Below are positions 39,354 through 51,164 of a DNA stretch of 64,000 bases, piece after piece. The notes below the pieces were generated by a model that worked only from the letters and a program-made list of their open reading frames with translations, was not told where the DNA came from and made no database searches. Within the stretch, counting starts at the first letter, position 1; every line of letters begins with the position of its first letter. Position numbers and translations under genes: made by a program. This stretch comes from Ruditapes philippinarum (taxonomy: Eukaryota). Location of the stretch: assembly GCF_026571515.1 (NCBI RefSeq), contig NW_026853980.1, forward strand, positions 62,001 through 126,000, read 5' to 3'.

Positions 39354-39527
39354 TTATCGTTGTTTCTTGCAACAATTCGCATGAATGTACCAAATGATAT
39401 CAATATTATGTCGAAATTCATTAATAAGTCTGGCAATAATATATTTATGATATTTCCCTAGACCAATAAATTGTCTGACATAAAAGTGCTAATTCAGCAC
39501 TTTAGCCTAGGCACAAATACATGATAT
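39354..39527. repeat. ~175-bp duplicate of 47485-47655
   Basis: ATCGTTGTTTCTTGCAA..ATATCAATATTA..AATTCATTAATAAGTCTGGCAATA..GATATTTCCCTAGACCA..AAATACATGATAT in both. Confidence 0.9.
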
Positions 39528-39537
39528 ACCTTATGTA

Positions 39538-39731
39538 CTTCTATATTAACAACTTTTAAATGATATACATTGCGTGTCACTACATAAGTCTTTTATTGCC
39601 TCCTGCGTTCATTTTATTTATTATCATTTTACATTTTCTTCTATATTAACAAGTTTTAAATGATATACTTCGTATGACATAGGTCTTTTATTGCCTCGTG
39701 CATTCATTTTACTTATTATCATAATACATTT
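39538..39731. repeat. ~100-bp tandem duplication
   Basis: CTTCTATATTAACAA.TTTTAAATGATATAC..GTCTTTTATTGCCTC..TTCATTTTA..TACATTT twice. Confidence 0.9.
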
Positions 39732-41125
39732 GTATACATGTATATAATTGTGTTGTTGTATTGTATAACGAAATATCATCACTTATTTCTTACATCTTAT
39801 ATCTAAATAGAATCGCTGCATTTGTATTGTAAAACGTTCAACAGAGAGTAATCAAGTATCCCTAAAGAATGCACAAAAGGACAAAATTGAAAATGTTGTA
39901 GGTTAAGTTTGATTGAGCCTTTTTCATGAACAGTTATGGAAAGTGCAAGTTACCGTCCACGCCCCCTAGCACCGGCTTAAGCAGTTTTCAACATTTAATA
40001 TGAAATGGTAGTCTTCAAAGAATAGATTAATCGGCTATACAAGTTTTCATCAGGTTTATTCATCAGTCTATCAGTCATGCCTTCTCTCTCTTTTCACAAA
40101 TAAAAGCATACAAAATTTGCTCAGTTTTGTTTGTAACTTGATCCCTTTAAAAGGCAAACTGTTCACTTTATTTAGTATACTTGAATCCTATACTTACTGA
40201 AGATTATTTTCTGTGGAAAAAAACACAATGCTTGTCACAAATGTGACACAATAATGTCTTCGTCTAGACAGTAAAACTATATGAATGTTAACCCATCCTT
40301 TTAACTTAAAGCGTTTCAAGAAGTTATAACGGACTGAGACAAAACCATTCACTAGAATATAACCATTTTTTCTTTATCCTTCAGTATGAAATTCTTGACT
40401 TAACGAAGTTGCAAAAGTGTAGTTGCCAAGAATGTATAGATATTTTCTTTATATTAATATACAAATAATTAAACAATTGGAAGACCGACAATCCCGATGA
40501 TGACAAACATAAGATGCACTACTTTAAGACCCAACGCGATTTGTTCCTTCTCCTTTCTATTTTTATACAAGTGCTGTGTATATTCTTTATCACTTATTAT
40601 GAAGTAATATGAAGTAAAGATACTACAAGACTAGTATAAGACAGGTTTTGCTGTACTTTTTATATTTAGAAGATAGGGAGAGTTATACGGCTATCCCGAG
40701 CATCGGCGTTGCATTACGAATCTATGTTTTTCGTACCAACCCACTTATGTCTAAATTCATCGGGAATTCCGTTAAGGTTTTATTCTTTAACAATACCTTT
40801 TACGGTAATACTATCAGACTTAAGTATGCACTTTTTTGTTTCTTACACAGTTTATATGTTTTGTTTGCTTAATATGACTTATTCAACAAACTTATTCTAT
40901 TTTTAGTTTCAAATATATTTCTTAAATGGTTTTCTTATTTCCATATAAAGTATGTTCTTGTTTTTATAATAGTCGAGCGCATTGTCTTATAGATATCTCT
41001 TGTTTCATTCAACGTCAGTATAAATACATTTATAGCGTTGCATACTAATATGTTAGGAATAACATTAGGATTACTATTATAAATTTCAGAAAGGTCTTAT
41101 TTCATTCAACGTCACTATAAATAAT

Positions 41126-42120
41126 AACAAGAGCTGTCAGAAGGACAGCGCGCTCGACTTTTTTAGTGCTTGCCTATAAAACAAAACTTTGACAGTTAAG
41201 GGCACACAAGACTTTAACTAGGAATTTCTAAGTACAAATCAAGAAACATTTTCACAGAGTTATCTTCTCTTGCTTACAGATAGGTCTCATGATGGCACAT
41301 AAGAACTCCAACTTCCAAAGTAATATCTCAAATGGTTAAGTCAACAAGTGGACAAGAATGAAAATTTTAACTGAGTTTCTAAGTCAAAAAGGGCCATAAT
41401 TCAAATAAAATCCTTAACAGAATTACCTTCTCCTGCCCATGTTTTGGGACCATGATGGTAAACAAGTATTCCAACTTTCAATTTAATATCTCAACCAGTT
41501 CAGTCAAAAAGTTGACTGGTACAAAAAAGTTAACCAAGATTCTAAGTCGATAAAAGGCCTTAATTTTTAAAACAAATCCCTGACAGAGTTACCTTCTCTT
41601 GCGTACAGATGGGGGTAATGATGTGAAATAGCATTAAAAGTTTCAAAGCAATATCTCAAAGGGTTAAGGCAATAAGTGGATTTTACCCATATTCAATGTA
41701 TTTTCTAAGTCAAAAAAGGGGCATAATTCTGTCAAAAACCTTGACAGAGTTATGTCCTCTTGTCTGTTGATGAAGGTCGTGATGGTAAACAAGTATGGTC
41801 AGTTTCAAAGCAATACCTCCAATGGTTTTGAAATAAAGTGAGGTGGTACAAAAAACTTAACCAAGCTCAATACACTTTCTAAGTCAAAAAAGGGCCATAA
41901 TTCTGTCAAAAACCTTGACAGAGTTATGTACTCCTGTCTGTAGATGGAGGTTATGATGGTGAACAAGTATGGTAAGTTTCAAAGCCATACTTGTAATACT
42001 TCTGAAATAAAGTGGGGTGGTACGAAAAACTTAACCAAGGTGTGACGCCAACGCTAACGCCGACGCCGACGCCGGGGCGAGTAGGATAGCTCCCCTTTTC
42101 ATAGAAAAGTCGAGCTAAAA
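41126..42120 (+). mobile_element. Helentron-associated non-autonomous element (HINE) with internal ~160-bp tandem array
   Basis: Starts AACAAGAGCTGTC-AGAAG-GACAGC (hairpin); inverted pairs GAGCTGTC/GATAGCTC and GCTCGACTTTT(41152)/AAAAGTCGAGC(42105); five units anchored on TCTAAGT (41228, 41378, 41541, 41704, 41878); (GACGCC)n microsatellite; 3' hairpin; A-run flanks without TSD. Confidence 0.88.
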
Positions 42121-42969
42121 AATGTAGCATACTGGTCTATTACAAATAAAATTATGATTACTATAAAATAAGATGCGCAAAATTATTTTTTGGTGGATGT
42201 CATCTTAAAGAAGATGCTACATTGAAAATGCATTGCACACAAAATTAAAAACAATTTTCTATCAATCGTCATAAATTATGATACATGCAGAAAAGTAGAG
42301 CAAATATGTCATATTACAATCATATCAGAAATAATTACCATCATAAATAATTGTAATGTCAAACGATACCTCTTAAATATTCATACGCTTGAAATAACAG
42401 AAACAGTTGAGGTCGTTTTGAAGCAAAAATTAATATCTTTTTTAAAAGCAAAAACAACCTAAATGTCTAATAAAGAATGCGTGAGGAAAAGTTGGAGAGG
42501 ACAAAGAGCTATATAATAGTCATATGAAGCATAGAAATATGAAACATCATCGTCATAAATTATTGTAAAGTCAGACACGTTATCTCTCTAGTGTATTCAT
42601 GCGCTAACAGTTACTGAAATAGTCGGGATATATTTGAGACAAAGAGGAATTTATAACATCCATTGAAGCAAGTGAAAACTCAAATGTCTACTAAATAAGA
42701 CAAACTCTTTCCATGCTTTTCCATTAAGAAATTCTATATACTTTTCACATCATTACATTTGATGTAAGGTCATTGTAGCCCGCTATATTGAAAAAAAGCA
42801 CAGGTATCAAAATCAAAGTGATAGAAAAAATGGTAAATGATATTTATTACTACGCTTATTTCTTAACAAAGAATTGTTTATTATTTTCCTCGAGTTTGAG
42901 TTTAGATTGATGGTATTTACTTGAATTTAATATTCAAGTTTATATACATGTATATTTATATATTATATA

Positions 42970-44131
42970 TAGAGGATATTTGTTTGTTTGTGTGTAAGAT
43001 GAAATTTTATTTCATCGAGTGGGCTTTAAAAACAGTATTCTCACGAGTGGCGTAGCCACGAGTGAGAATACTGTTTTTAAAGTTTCACGAGATGAAGTAA
43101 AATTACATCTTACACAACAAACAGACAAATTTTCTTTTTATTTTATGCTTAAAAACAAGTTAAAACGAAATTTTTATAATTTTAACGTTAATATTAAAAT
43201 CTGTTTCCCTCATTGAGAGCCCCATTTAGACGGAATTTCTCATTAAAAACAAGTCTTGAGCTGCAAAATAAGTCCGCAAATCAAGGTTAAATGACGGTGA
43301 TATTTATTCATTTTATTAAAAAAATATGAATGATCGCTTGTTTTAATAATAAAAACAAACAATTCTTGTAGGAGAAAAAGTCCAACCATCCAGCCATATT
43401 TCTGTTACTTACTGCGAATTTATATTAGACCTGGCTTTGTAAAATGTAAGCGGCAGCCATTTTTTAAAGTTGTGTATTGCATGGGAGCAAAATAATTGTG
43501 TAAGATTCAGAGGGATATAATTTGGATTTGTTAGTCATACACCTTTTTAAAAGAAAGAAAACTTATTTGAGGATTGTAACAGACAAAAAATAAGTGTTGA
43601 CAGAAGTGAAAACATTCAGAAAAGGAGCTAGGAAAATGGAAAACTTGGAAGCTTGCTAAGGAACGCTGGGTTATTTTACTTATTCTACGAGTGATGGCTG
43701 TCAATGCTTTTCAATTTTTCATAAAGCATACGGCAGTTATTGCTCGTAGGATACTTTAATATGCCCAAATGTCATCAAGAGCAGTTTTGCATGGGGAAGG
43801 AATGTATTTTTCAGACTGCAAAAACGAAACAAAAAAATTTAGAGACGAAATTTGGTGATTGGAATTTGAATGAATAGAAATAAGTTTTCTCTCTTTCTTA
43901 CTTTTGACATTTAAGTTATTTATCTATTTCAGCTTTGCTATTTCTTTTAACAGTCTGACATTGTCAGAATTGTCAGTAAAAATAAAATTGAGGTACCACA
44001 TGGGGAAAATCTTTAAAAAGTAGTTTCGTCATTGAAAAAAATGAAATTATATTTTGATAATTTTCACTGTGAAATTATCAAATATAATTTTCACGGATAA
44101 ATCAGTAATCCACTGAAAAGCATAAAATAAA
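42970..44131. mobile_element. Non-autonomous element with a 150-bp terminal palindrome (Crypton-like)
   Basis: Palindrome 42978-43130 centred on CTCACGAGTGGC-GTA-GCCACGAGTGAG; TTTATTTTATGCTT (~43137) is inverted at the far end as AAGCATAAAATAAA (44118-44131). Superfamily is inference. Confidence 0.7.
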
Positions 44132-44226
44132 TTTGATATACTCTTTAACAATGATCGTCATATAAGCGGTATTTTTGAATTACACACAAGACCGGCCAAT
44201 ATATTTCCTTTATTGAACAATTGTAT

Positions 44227-45082
44227 TACTGTATTCCTAGAAAAGATTTCGCGCATTTTAAGTTAGCGGTTTTCGCGGTAGGCATGATTCCGCGAATCTT
44301 TATAGCCGCGAATATGTCACTTATAACAAATCCGCGAACATTTCTAGCTTCAACCAAATATAACATAAAATGTGCAGAATATTTATTATAATCTACTTGG
44401 ACAAAAAAACATATAAACACAGGTGATATAGAAATGTGTAAAGTATTATTTATGTATGTTATTGATACTAGTTTGCACGCTGAAAAAGAAAATATCAATT
44501 ATTAGTAATTATCATGCTAATTGACGGTTAGTCACGGCGTTGACAAACGCATTTACAGTTTGTGAACATTGAATGACTTGGATTTTATTTGCTTGGAGTA
44601 GGTGTAATCCTTTGTTAAAAGTACAATAGCGATCAAGCGCTACATTGATAAACAGCTGTTATGTTGTTATAATGAAAGCGATGTACAGTCCGATAATGTG
44701 TAAAAAATACGTATCGACATTTTGAAGAAAAAGTCAGTTATGATTCAAATGAGAATAAAAGCTAACGGGTCTGACTAAATCTTACTTAATCACATAATGA
44801 AAAAGGTAAGGAAACATGAAAGTAGTCAATAGATGAAAATGTATCGAGTAACGTTGCGCTTTAGGCGCGACTTGTCAAAAAAATAAAATAATTAAAAGCA
44901 CCCAACAGGCAAGGTCATGCATCAAAAACGTAGCCACCAAAAACTGTAATTTAAGCCGTAGCGACTTAACATTCGCGGAATTCGCGGTTACTACATATCC
45001 GCGAAAGTTTGTCTCCGCGAAAATGCCGACGTTGTGAAAAACGCGAAATATTGTATCCGCGAACATTTCTAGGAATACAGTA
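44227..45082. mobile_element. MITE with TA target site (Tc1/mariner type)
   Basis: TACTGTATTCCTAGAAA ... TTTCTAGGAATACAGTA, a perfect 17-bp inverted repeat including TA; clusters of CCGCGAA/TTCGCGG near both ends. Confidence 0.9.
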
Positions 45083-46970
45083 TTCCATTCATTCTTAATC
45101 GGCCAAATGAATTGATCCGACTTAAAACATGTACTGCACATGATATATTATAACTTTACATTGTGCTGTGCAATACGGAATATGTACATGCATATTAACT
45201 CAAGTATAGACCTTTTGAAGGGAACAAATCGAAGATAAATTAACTTTATGAATATTAGGGTTTTAAAAGGCAATCAATGGTAAACTTATGTTTTCAACTT
45301 GTTTATTATTCCCTGACTTCGATATTCTTTGAAATAAAAATCGGTTGTTCCTTTACACTTTGAACACTTTTTGGCCTTGATATATAGATTTCCTTTCTTG
45401 TTAATTCAACACTTAAAGTAAATCTTCATATAGTCGAATTACGTACTTATATGGTAATATTTCTGTCAAATATTTGTGGAAAAATGTGAAACGACAACAA
45501 TATTTAATCAGAACTCGTCGATTAGTATGATAGTAATGTATTGACAGAACGGTTTATCTCAAAGTGTTAATTATCATACAAAATATACAAAATGGCATCA
45601 TAGTGTATTGAATCTGTTGTACGTCAACAAAATCCTGTGAAATTCCAGTCGTTTCCAGTTAATAATGTAATCAATGCGAACTTAAATACAAAAAAAAAAG
45701 AAAAAAAAAACAGAATCCTTAAAGAACGCCTAAAATTGGAAATGTTGCAAGCTCGGTTTGAATGGACCCGTTCGTGGATGTTATTCGTAAATGCAAGCAA
45801 CCTTCAAATGTCAAACAGCGTAATGAATTGCTATGTATGAAGCAGAAAATTTGGATAACAACATATTAAGTACTTATGTTTAGCATTTACCATACTTTTA
45901 GTGTTAAATCGATGAACATCGATCAAAGTATTTAAGAATAGAAGACAATTTGGAACAAGTAATTTAATTTTTTCTCGTCATTTTCATAATCATACCCATT
46001 TCGCGAAGAGGCATAAAAAGTTATTAACATTGAACTGAAATACAATACCACGTTCTTCATAAAACACATTTCTCAAGTTAACTGATAATTGTGATAAATT
46101 TTCTTTGAGATTGACATTATTTCCCTAGTGTCGTAATGGCATGTACCTGGCTTTCAAAAATCTCTCAAGGCTACGTTGACGTTCTTAGATAATTCTAAAA
46201 ATGCAGCTGCGAATGGCGTTAAATGTGTAATAAAATAATGTACATTCTCAGGTTAATATGGGAAAATTTATCATTTTAAGTTAAGGGACAATACAAAAGT
46301 TATGATTTGAGATGTAACAATCTATGACGTCTCTGGATAATAATTAAATGTAACAAATGGATTAATCTATTTCTGATATTCTATCAAGGTAATGCAAATC
46401 TCAACATATTCGCAAGTTTTAATATGATTTGAAATATGTCCAGTCATTTCATTTTAAGGGATTCGTGTAATTAGATTCTTAAACTTTCTCTACTGAAAAT
46501 GAAAGCATTCAATTTGTTTAAATCGTTAAGTCACGTGATTATCAATATTTTCCATATAATAAATTAAATGCCATATACTAAATCTGATATGTTTAGTTCC
46601 CGTTGTGTTTGAGTTTTTAGCATTGTCGACACTGCCATGATGATATACTAGTACAAGTGGGGAAACCTAATTCAAATCATCCACCTTTCTTGATCTTACT
46701 TGATAAGCCTTTTTACCAGTCAGTTCCGTGTAGAAACTAGAAACAACATGGATGCAGACAGTAATTCAAATTTAACTCTTCCTTAAATCAATTTTCCATT
46801 GAGGCCAGTAGTTACTTTTTGCATGGCTTTGTCTTTGTATGCTATAAACAAAGATGCATCACATCAACTAATCAATAGATATGATCTTTATATAATACAG
46901 ACATTCAAGGAGAGTAATAAAATATAACAATGCTTATCACCATATATTATTGTTACCTAAAATGATATCT

Positions 46971-47170
46971 CCCAAATGTATTCATAAGTTGTAAGCCGCT
47001 AAAATTGTTCTGTTATAACTCCCAAGTGTATTAATACGCCGTAAGCGACTTAAATAGTTCTCTTAGATTTCCTAAGTGTATACATACGCTATTGGCAACT
47101 TCAATAGCTCTTTAAGATCTCAAGTGTGTATTTTGTAATATGTTAGACACTTAAATATTTCTTCAACATT
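46971..47170. repeat. Diverged 50-bp tandem array x4
   Basis: Anchors CCCAAATGTA (46971), CCCAAGTGTA (47021), CCTAAGTGTA (47071), CAAGTGTGTA (47121) at an exact 50-bp period. Confidence 0.8.
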
Positions 47171-47200
47171 AAGACAACTATAAAATTCTTCTGATCGAAG

Positions 47201-47365
47201 GAAACATAAATTTCCTACAAAAGTCAATAAATATCTGGTTTCAATTATTTATAAAAAGCTGGCTCATTGGGTTTCACCTTGTCGCAACCGCCATGTATTC
47301 AAGAAAAAGGGACTATCGGGAATTTAAAAGTAAAAGCAGTTATTATTGTTGCACAATAAGTATGT
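47201..47365 (+). promoter_or_regulatory. Candidate TATA promoter and first exon
   Basis: TATAAAAAG at 47250, CCGCCATG at 47288-47295, donor-like AA|GTATGT at 47360; similar upstream words at 50424-50525. Confidence 0.3.
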
Positions 47366-48198
47366 ACACTCTTACTTATCCTTATAATCAATCAAGCCGT
47401 TTTCGTAATGGATTTTGTAAAATATAATATCACAATAAATCGCATATTTTAATTTAGCCACTAAGGAATTAAACGATTTTTATAATCGTTGTTTCTTGCA
47501 ATAAATTCACACAAACACACCAAACTATATCAATATTACATCGGAATTCATTAATAAGTCTGGCAATATATATGAGATATTTCCCTAGACCAGTTAAACG
47601 TCTGTCTCAAAGTGGCAATTTAGTACTTATACATAAGACAGAAATACATGATATATTAATAATGAGATTATTTTAAAATATCTCCAAAACATGCAAAATA
47701 TTTTAACTAGTCTAGATAAAACCTGTATAATGAAATATTTATAAAGACTGGTTTGAAAGATAAAGGATAATGTTCATAAACGGTAGTAACAATACCAAAA
47801 CATGGAAGAATTGAATCACTTGAACTGAGAGAAGTAGTCTCTAGGTTTGGTTGAATTTATTTTTAATGAATTTGAAATATTTTTTTCAAACATAAGTCTA
47901 TGGCATATGCTTAATACTTTTAATTAGTATTAACTTATTATTTCAATTCAGTCGCTACTCTAGAATTATACCAAGAGAACGTCCAGTATTATCCCTGAAT
48001 GGACAATGTAATATACAACGTATATCCGATATTGAATCATACAGTCCGTGTGACTATTTCCATATGTACCGTCAAGGATAAAAACATGAATGATAAAGGT
48101 TTCTGAGAGACATCCGTAAATATCACAATAAGTAACAACCATAAAGCATGAGCCTTCTGTTCTCGCAAGAAATGGTTCAAGTTGATTTAAAAAAGCTT

Positions 48199-48990
48199 TT
48201 AAGGTAGACCATGGGTAATGGGAACCATAAGAAACTGTAAAAATGACCACATAGGGCAGTTATATGTCTTCAAAGCCACCTGTATGCAAAATTTAAATAA
48301 AATTTACCGTGTGGTTTATGAGTTATGGATATATTTCTGAACTAAGACATTGTCATTAGAAGGCTTATTTTCAGAAATAAGGAAATTATAAATAATCTGT
48401 AATATCATCATTATAAAAAATGTGTTTCTATTGCCAATTGTTAAGAAACAAATAATAACATTCAGGTAACAAATTACACAAGCAAAACGTTTGTTTCTAA
48501 ACAAAATGTTCTTAATATGTATAAAAATGTTACCCTACCCCACCCACTTTAAACACTAATTTTACCATTTCCCTATCTAAAATGCCTTATTCAAAATATT
48601 CCAAAAATTTACCATAATGAGGGGCTGTTTTCAAAGTTTGCCAAAATTTTCTTAAAGGTATATTGGTAGATCATGCAAAATATAAAATACTCTTTACCGT
48701 GTAGTTTTTATTTTACTAAACTTTGAAAATATCTGGTATGATATTTGCTATAAATTTTGGCATTATTTAACAAATAAATACCTACAATAATTATATAATT
48801 TATATCAAACCCTTTTTTCTTCCATAAGGAATCAGAGTGATACATATATAATGTTAAAAAGGAAAAAAAGAAAGAAAAAAAAAGAAACCCATTCTGGGGT
48901 TTGAACCCACGCCCCTCAATTTCAAGCGATTCTAGCCTATTTGAATACTCTTCAAAGTAGAGGTAATGCATTACACATGGTCTACCTTAA
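48199..48990. mobile_element. Kolobok-type non-autonomous DNA transposon with TTAA TSD
   Basis: TTAA|GGTAGACCATGGGTAATG ... CATTACACATGGTCTACC|TTAA (TIR 17/18); internal duplicated ATGCAAAAT.TAAA..TTTACCGTGT.GTTT. Confidence 0.88.
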
Positions 48991-50423
48991 TTAATAACTC
49001 AATGATTGGAAGTAATATGTCTTAGTGATCGTACTGAATTAAAAAGAGACGCAATTAATACAATGATTTCGTTTACCTACTGTAAAGATAGCAGTGTCTT
49101 GCAAACATGTAACTACTCGTGTCTAGGTTTTTATTCAGAATGTTTAATTTAGTCACCATTTAGAAATAAAAATGGGTTATAAACATTAATTTCGTGCAAT
49201 ATAGGAACTGGACATTTGCAAAGCCTTGGCGAGCGTACATGTACAATATTATTTATCCAGCTAAACATTAATTGTGTTAAATAAACCTATATTTATTAAG
49301 CAAAATTTTTGTCAAAGAACATTATATACTGAATGACTTAAACGAGCGATATGTTACTACAGAAACTTAATTATTAAAAATTTGCTTTTACAGATAAAAA
49401 GTGTTTAAAATACTTAATACCTTTATATTTGCTAATATGTTTCCAATGTCTTATCATATTGTTATTTCTCTACTAGTAATCCTTCCTAATAAATGTCGGT
49501 TATATTCTCGCATTGGTATAGGTTTAGTTGCTAATTCAATACTTTATGCTTTTTGTTCAAGGTTAACCGTTGCGTAATTTTATACGTATATTTTGGTCAC
49601 CAGTTTATTCAATGCATGGTTGCATACAACATAACCCGCATAATCTATACACAAAAATAAAAAAACGAATATCTTAAAATATACTGTATTAATTTCATTT
49701 TGAAATATGTCTGACAACAGTTTTTTTAATTGAATGTTTAAATTGATTTTTTAAAATAGGAAATATATAATTCATCTGAATTTATAACTTTCCAGAATAT
49801 CTAAATAGGTATATTAAATAACTTCTTTATTCTTGCAATTTTATGTTATGTAATACAATACAAGCAGATAAAGGTAGCAAAATGCATCATGGTGATTTTG
49901 CTTAAACAATGCTGCATTAAAATATATCTTGCGATAATAGAGATATCAGAAACTGCATTTTGTCAAACAAACATACAAATAAACAAAACAAAAAAATACA
50001 CTTACTTTTGTAATGTGATTGTTAAAGCAATGACCACCCAATACATAATAGGTACTTATGTTTCAACAATGAAATTTAATAGCTTTGAATCAAGTTTTGT
50101 CTGTGTGTCTTTTTGCATTTTTTGAATAGAACAAACATACCATGTAATCGCTAATTAACACTTATTGTAGTTATTGTTTAAACATATAAAAAAATCATCG
50201 ATTTGCAGTGTTAATCTTAAACATACTGTCTTTGCCTTTTTTTTCATTTTTTCTTAACAGAATACATATAAAAACATATATTTATTTAATATCCATTTAT
50301 TTCCAATTAGAATAATTCTGAAGATGTAAAATAGAAAAAATGCATTCCATATTTTAAGTAAGTTTTAAGTACTAAGTTAACCATTCAAATAAAGAAAATA
50401 AAGCATAGCAAAAACATTCAATA

Positions 50424-50643
50424 GAAACATTTATCCTAGTTACTTATTGGTTTTGAAATATAAATTGTTAAGACTCAACAAATATTCTCTATAAATCCCC
50501 TTCTTGTATAAAAGCTGCCAATTGAAACCTCTTCAAGTATTCCGGTTTAGTAAATCATGAGAGAAACATCATTTTTACGGATTCTGACAATTTCACCTTT
50601 TTAGGTTTCATTAGAGTCATAAACATTAAGCAACAACGTAAGA
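50424..50643 (+). promoter_or_regulatory. Candidate TATA promoter and first exon
   Basis: TATAAAAG at 50507, donor-like AC|GTAAGA at 50638, strong acceptor TCATTTTCAG at 50924-50933. Confidence 0.3.
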
Positions 50644-51164
50644 GTTAAAACAGAAGTTTTGTGATTTGCAAAAAAGTTTGTTCGTTACTTTATTAAATAT
50701 AAACATGTATCAACAAAATAAAAATGACATAACTTGCAATGATACTATACAAATCAGAATATACATTTATCTTTATTTGATCTTATACATTCTTATCACT
50801 TGGAATACTATCACTTGTTTGCTGACAATATACGCAATATATTTGAACATGTAACACTCTTTCTATTTTCTCCTTCACTGTATAAACAATTAACGGGTAA
50901 CTATTAACGTGCTATATGAAATGTCATTTTCAGGTTGTGGTACGTTTGTATTTGTGTCTTATATCTAATAACAGAATATGAAAGCTTAAAGTTGGCTTTG
51001 AAAAACTGTCACACATCCCTATTTGTTACGTGTAATAATACACATTAAAAAGCAATTAGTGTAATTAATATGCCAACAAAACACGCAAAGTAATAAATTG
51101 TTTTATGTAGACTGAGTTAAATTATAAATTTTTACACATTCAGCAGAAAATTTACTAAAAGATA

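Larger units (their letters stand above)
39145..39996 (+). repeat. Two copies of dispersed repeat R (39145-39282, 39858-39996); others at ~18100-18140, 45715-45808, 61266-61305
   Basis: ATCCCTAA..AAAATTRAAAATGTTG..AAAGTGCAA..TACCGTCCACGC.CC.TAGCACCGGC.TAA. Confidence 0.85.

Noticed and set aside
40020-40075. Hammerhead-like CTGATGA..GAAA on the minus strand (also CTGATGAG at 61634)
   Set aside because: No stem II/III pairing or NUH cleavage triplet in position; the 61634 site lacks GAAA.
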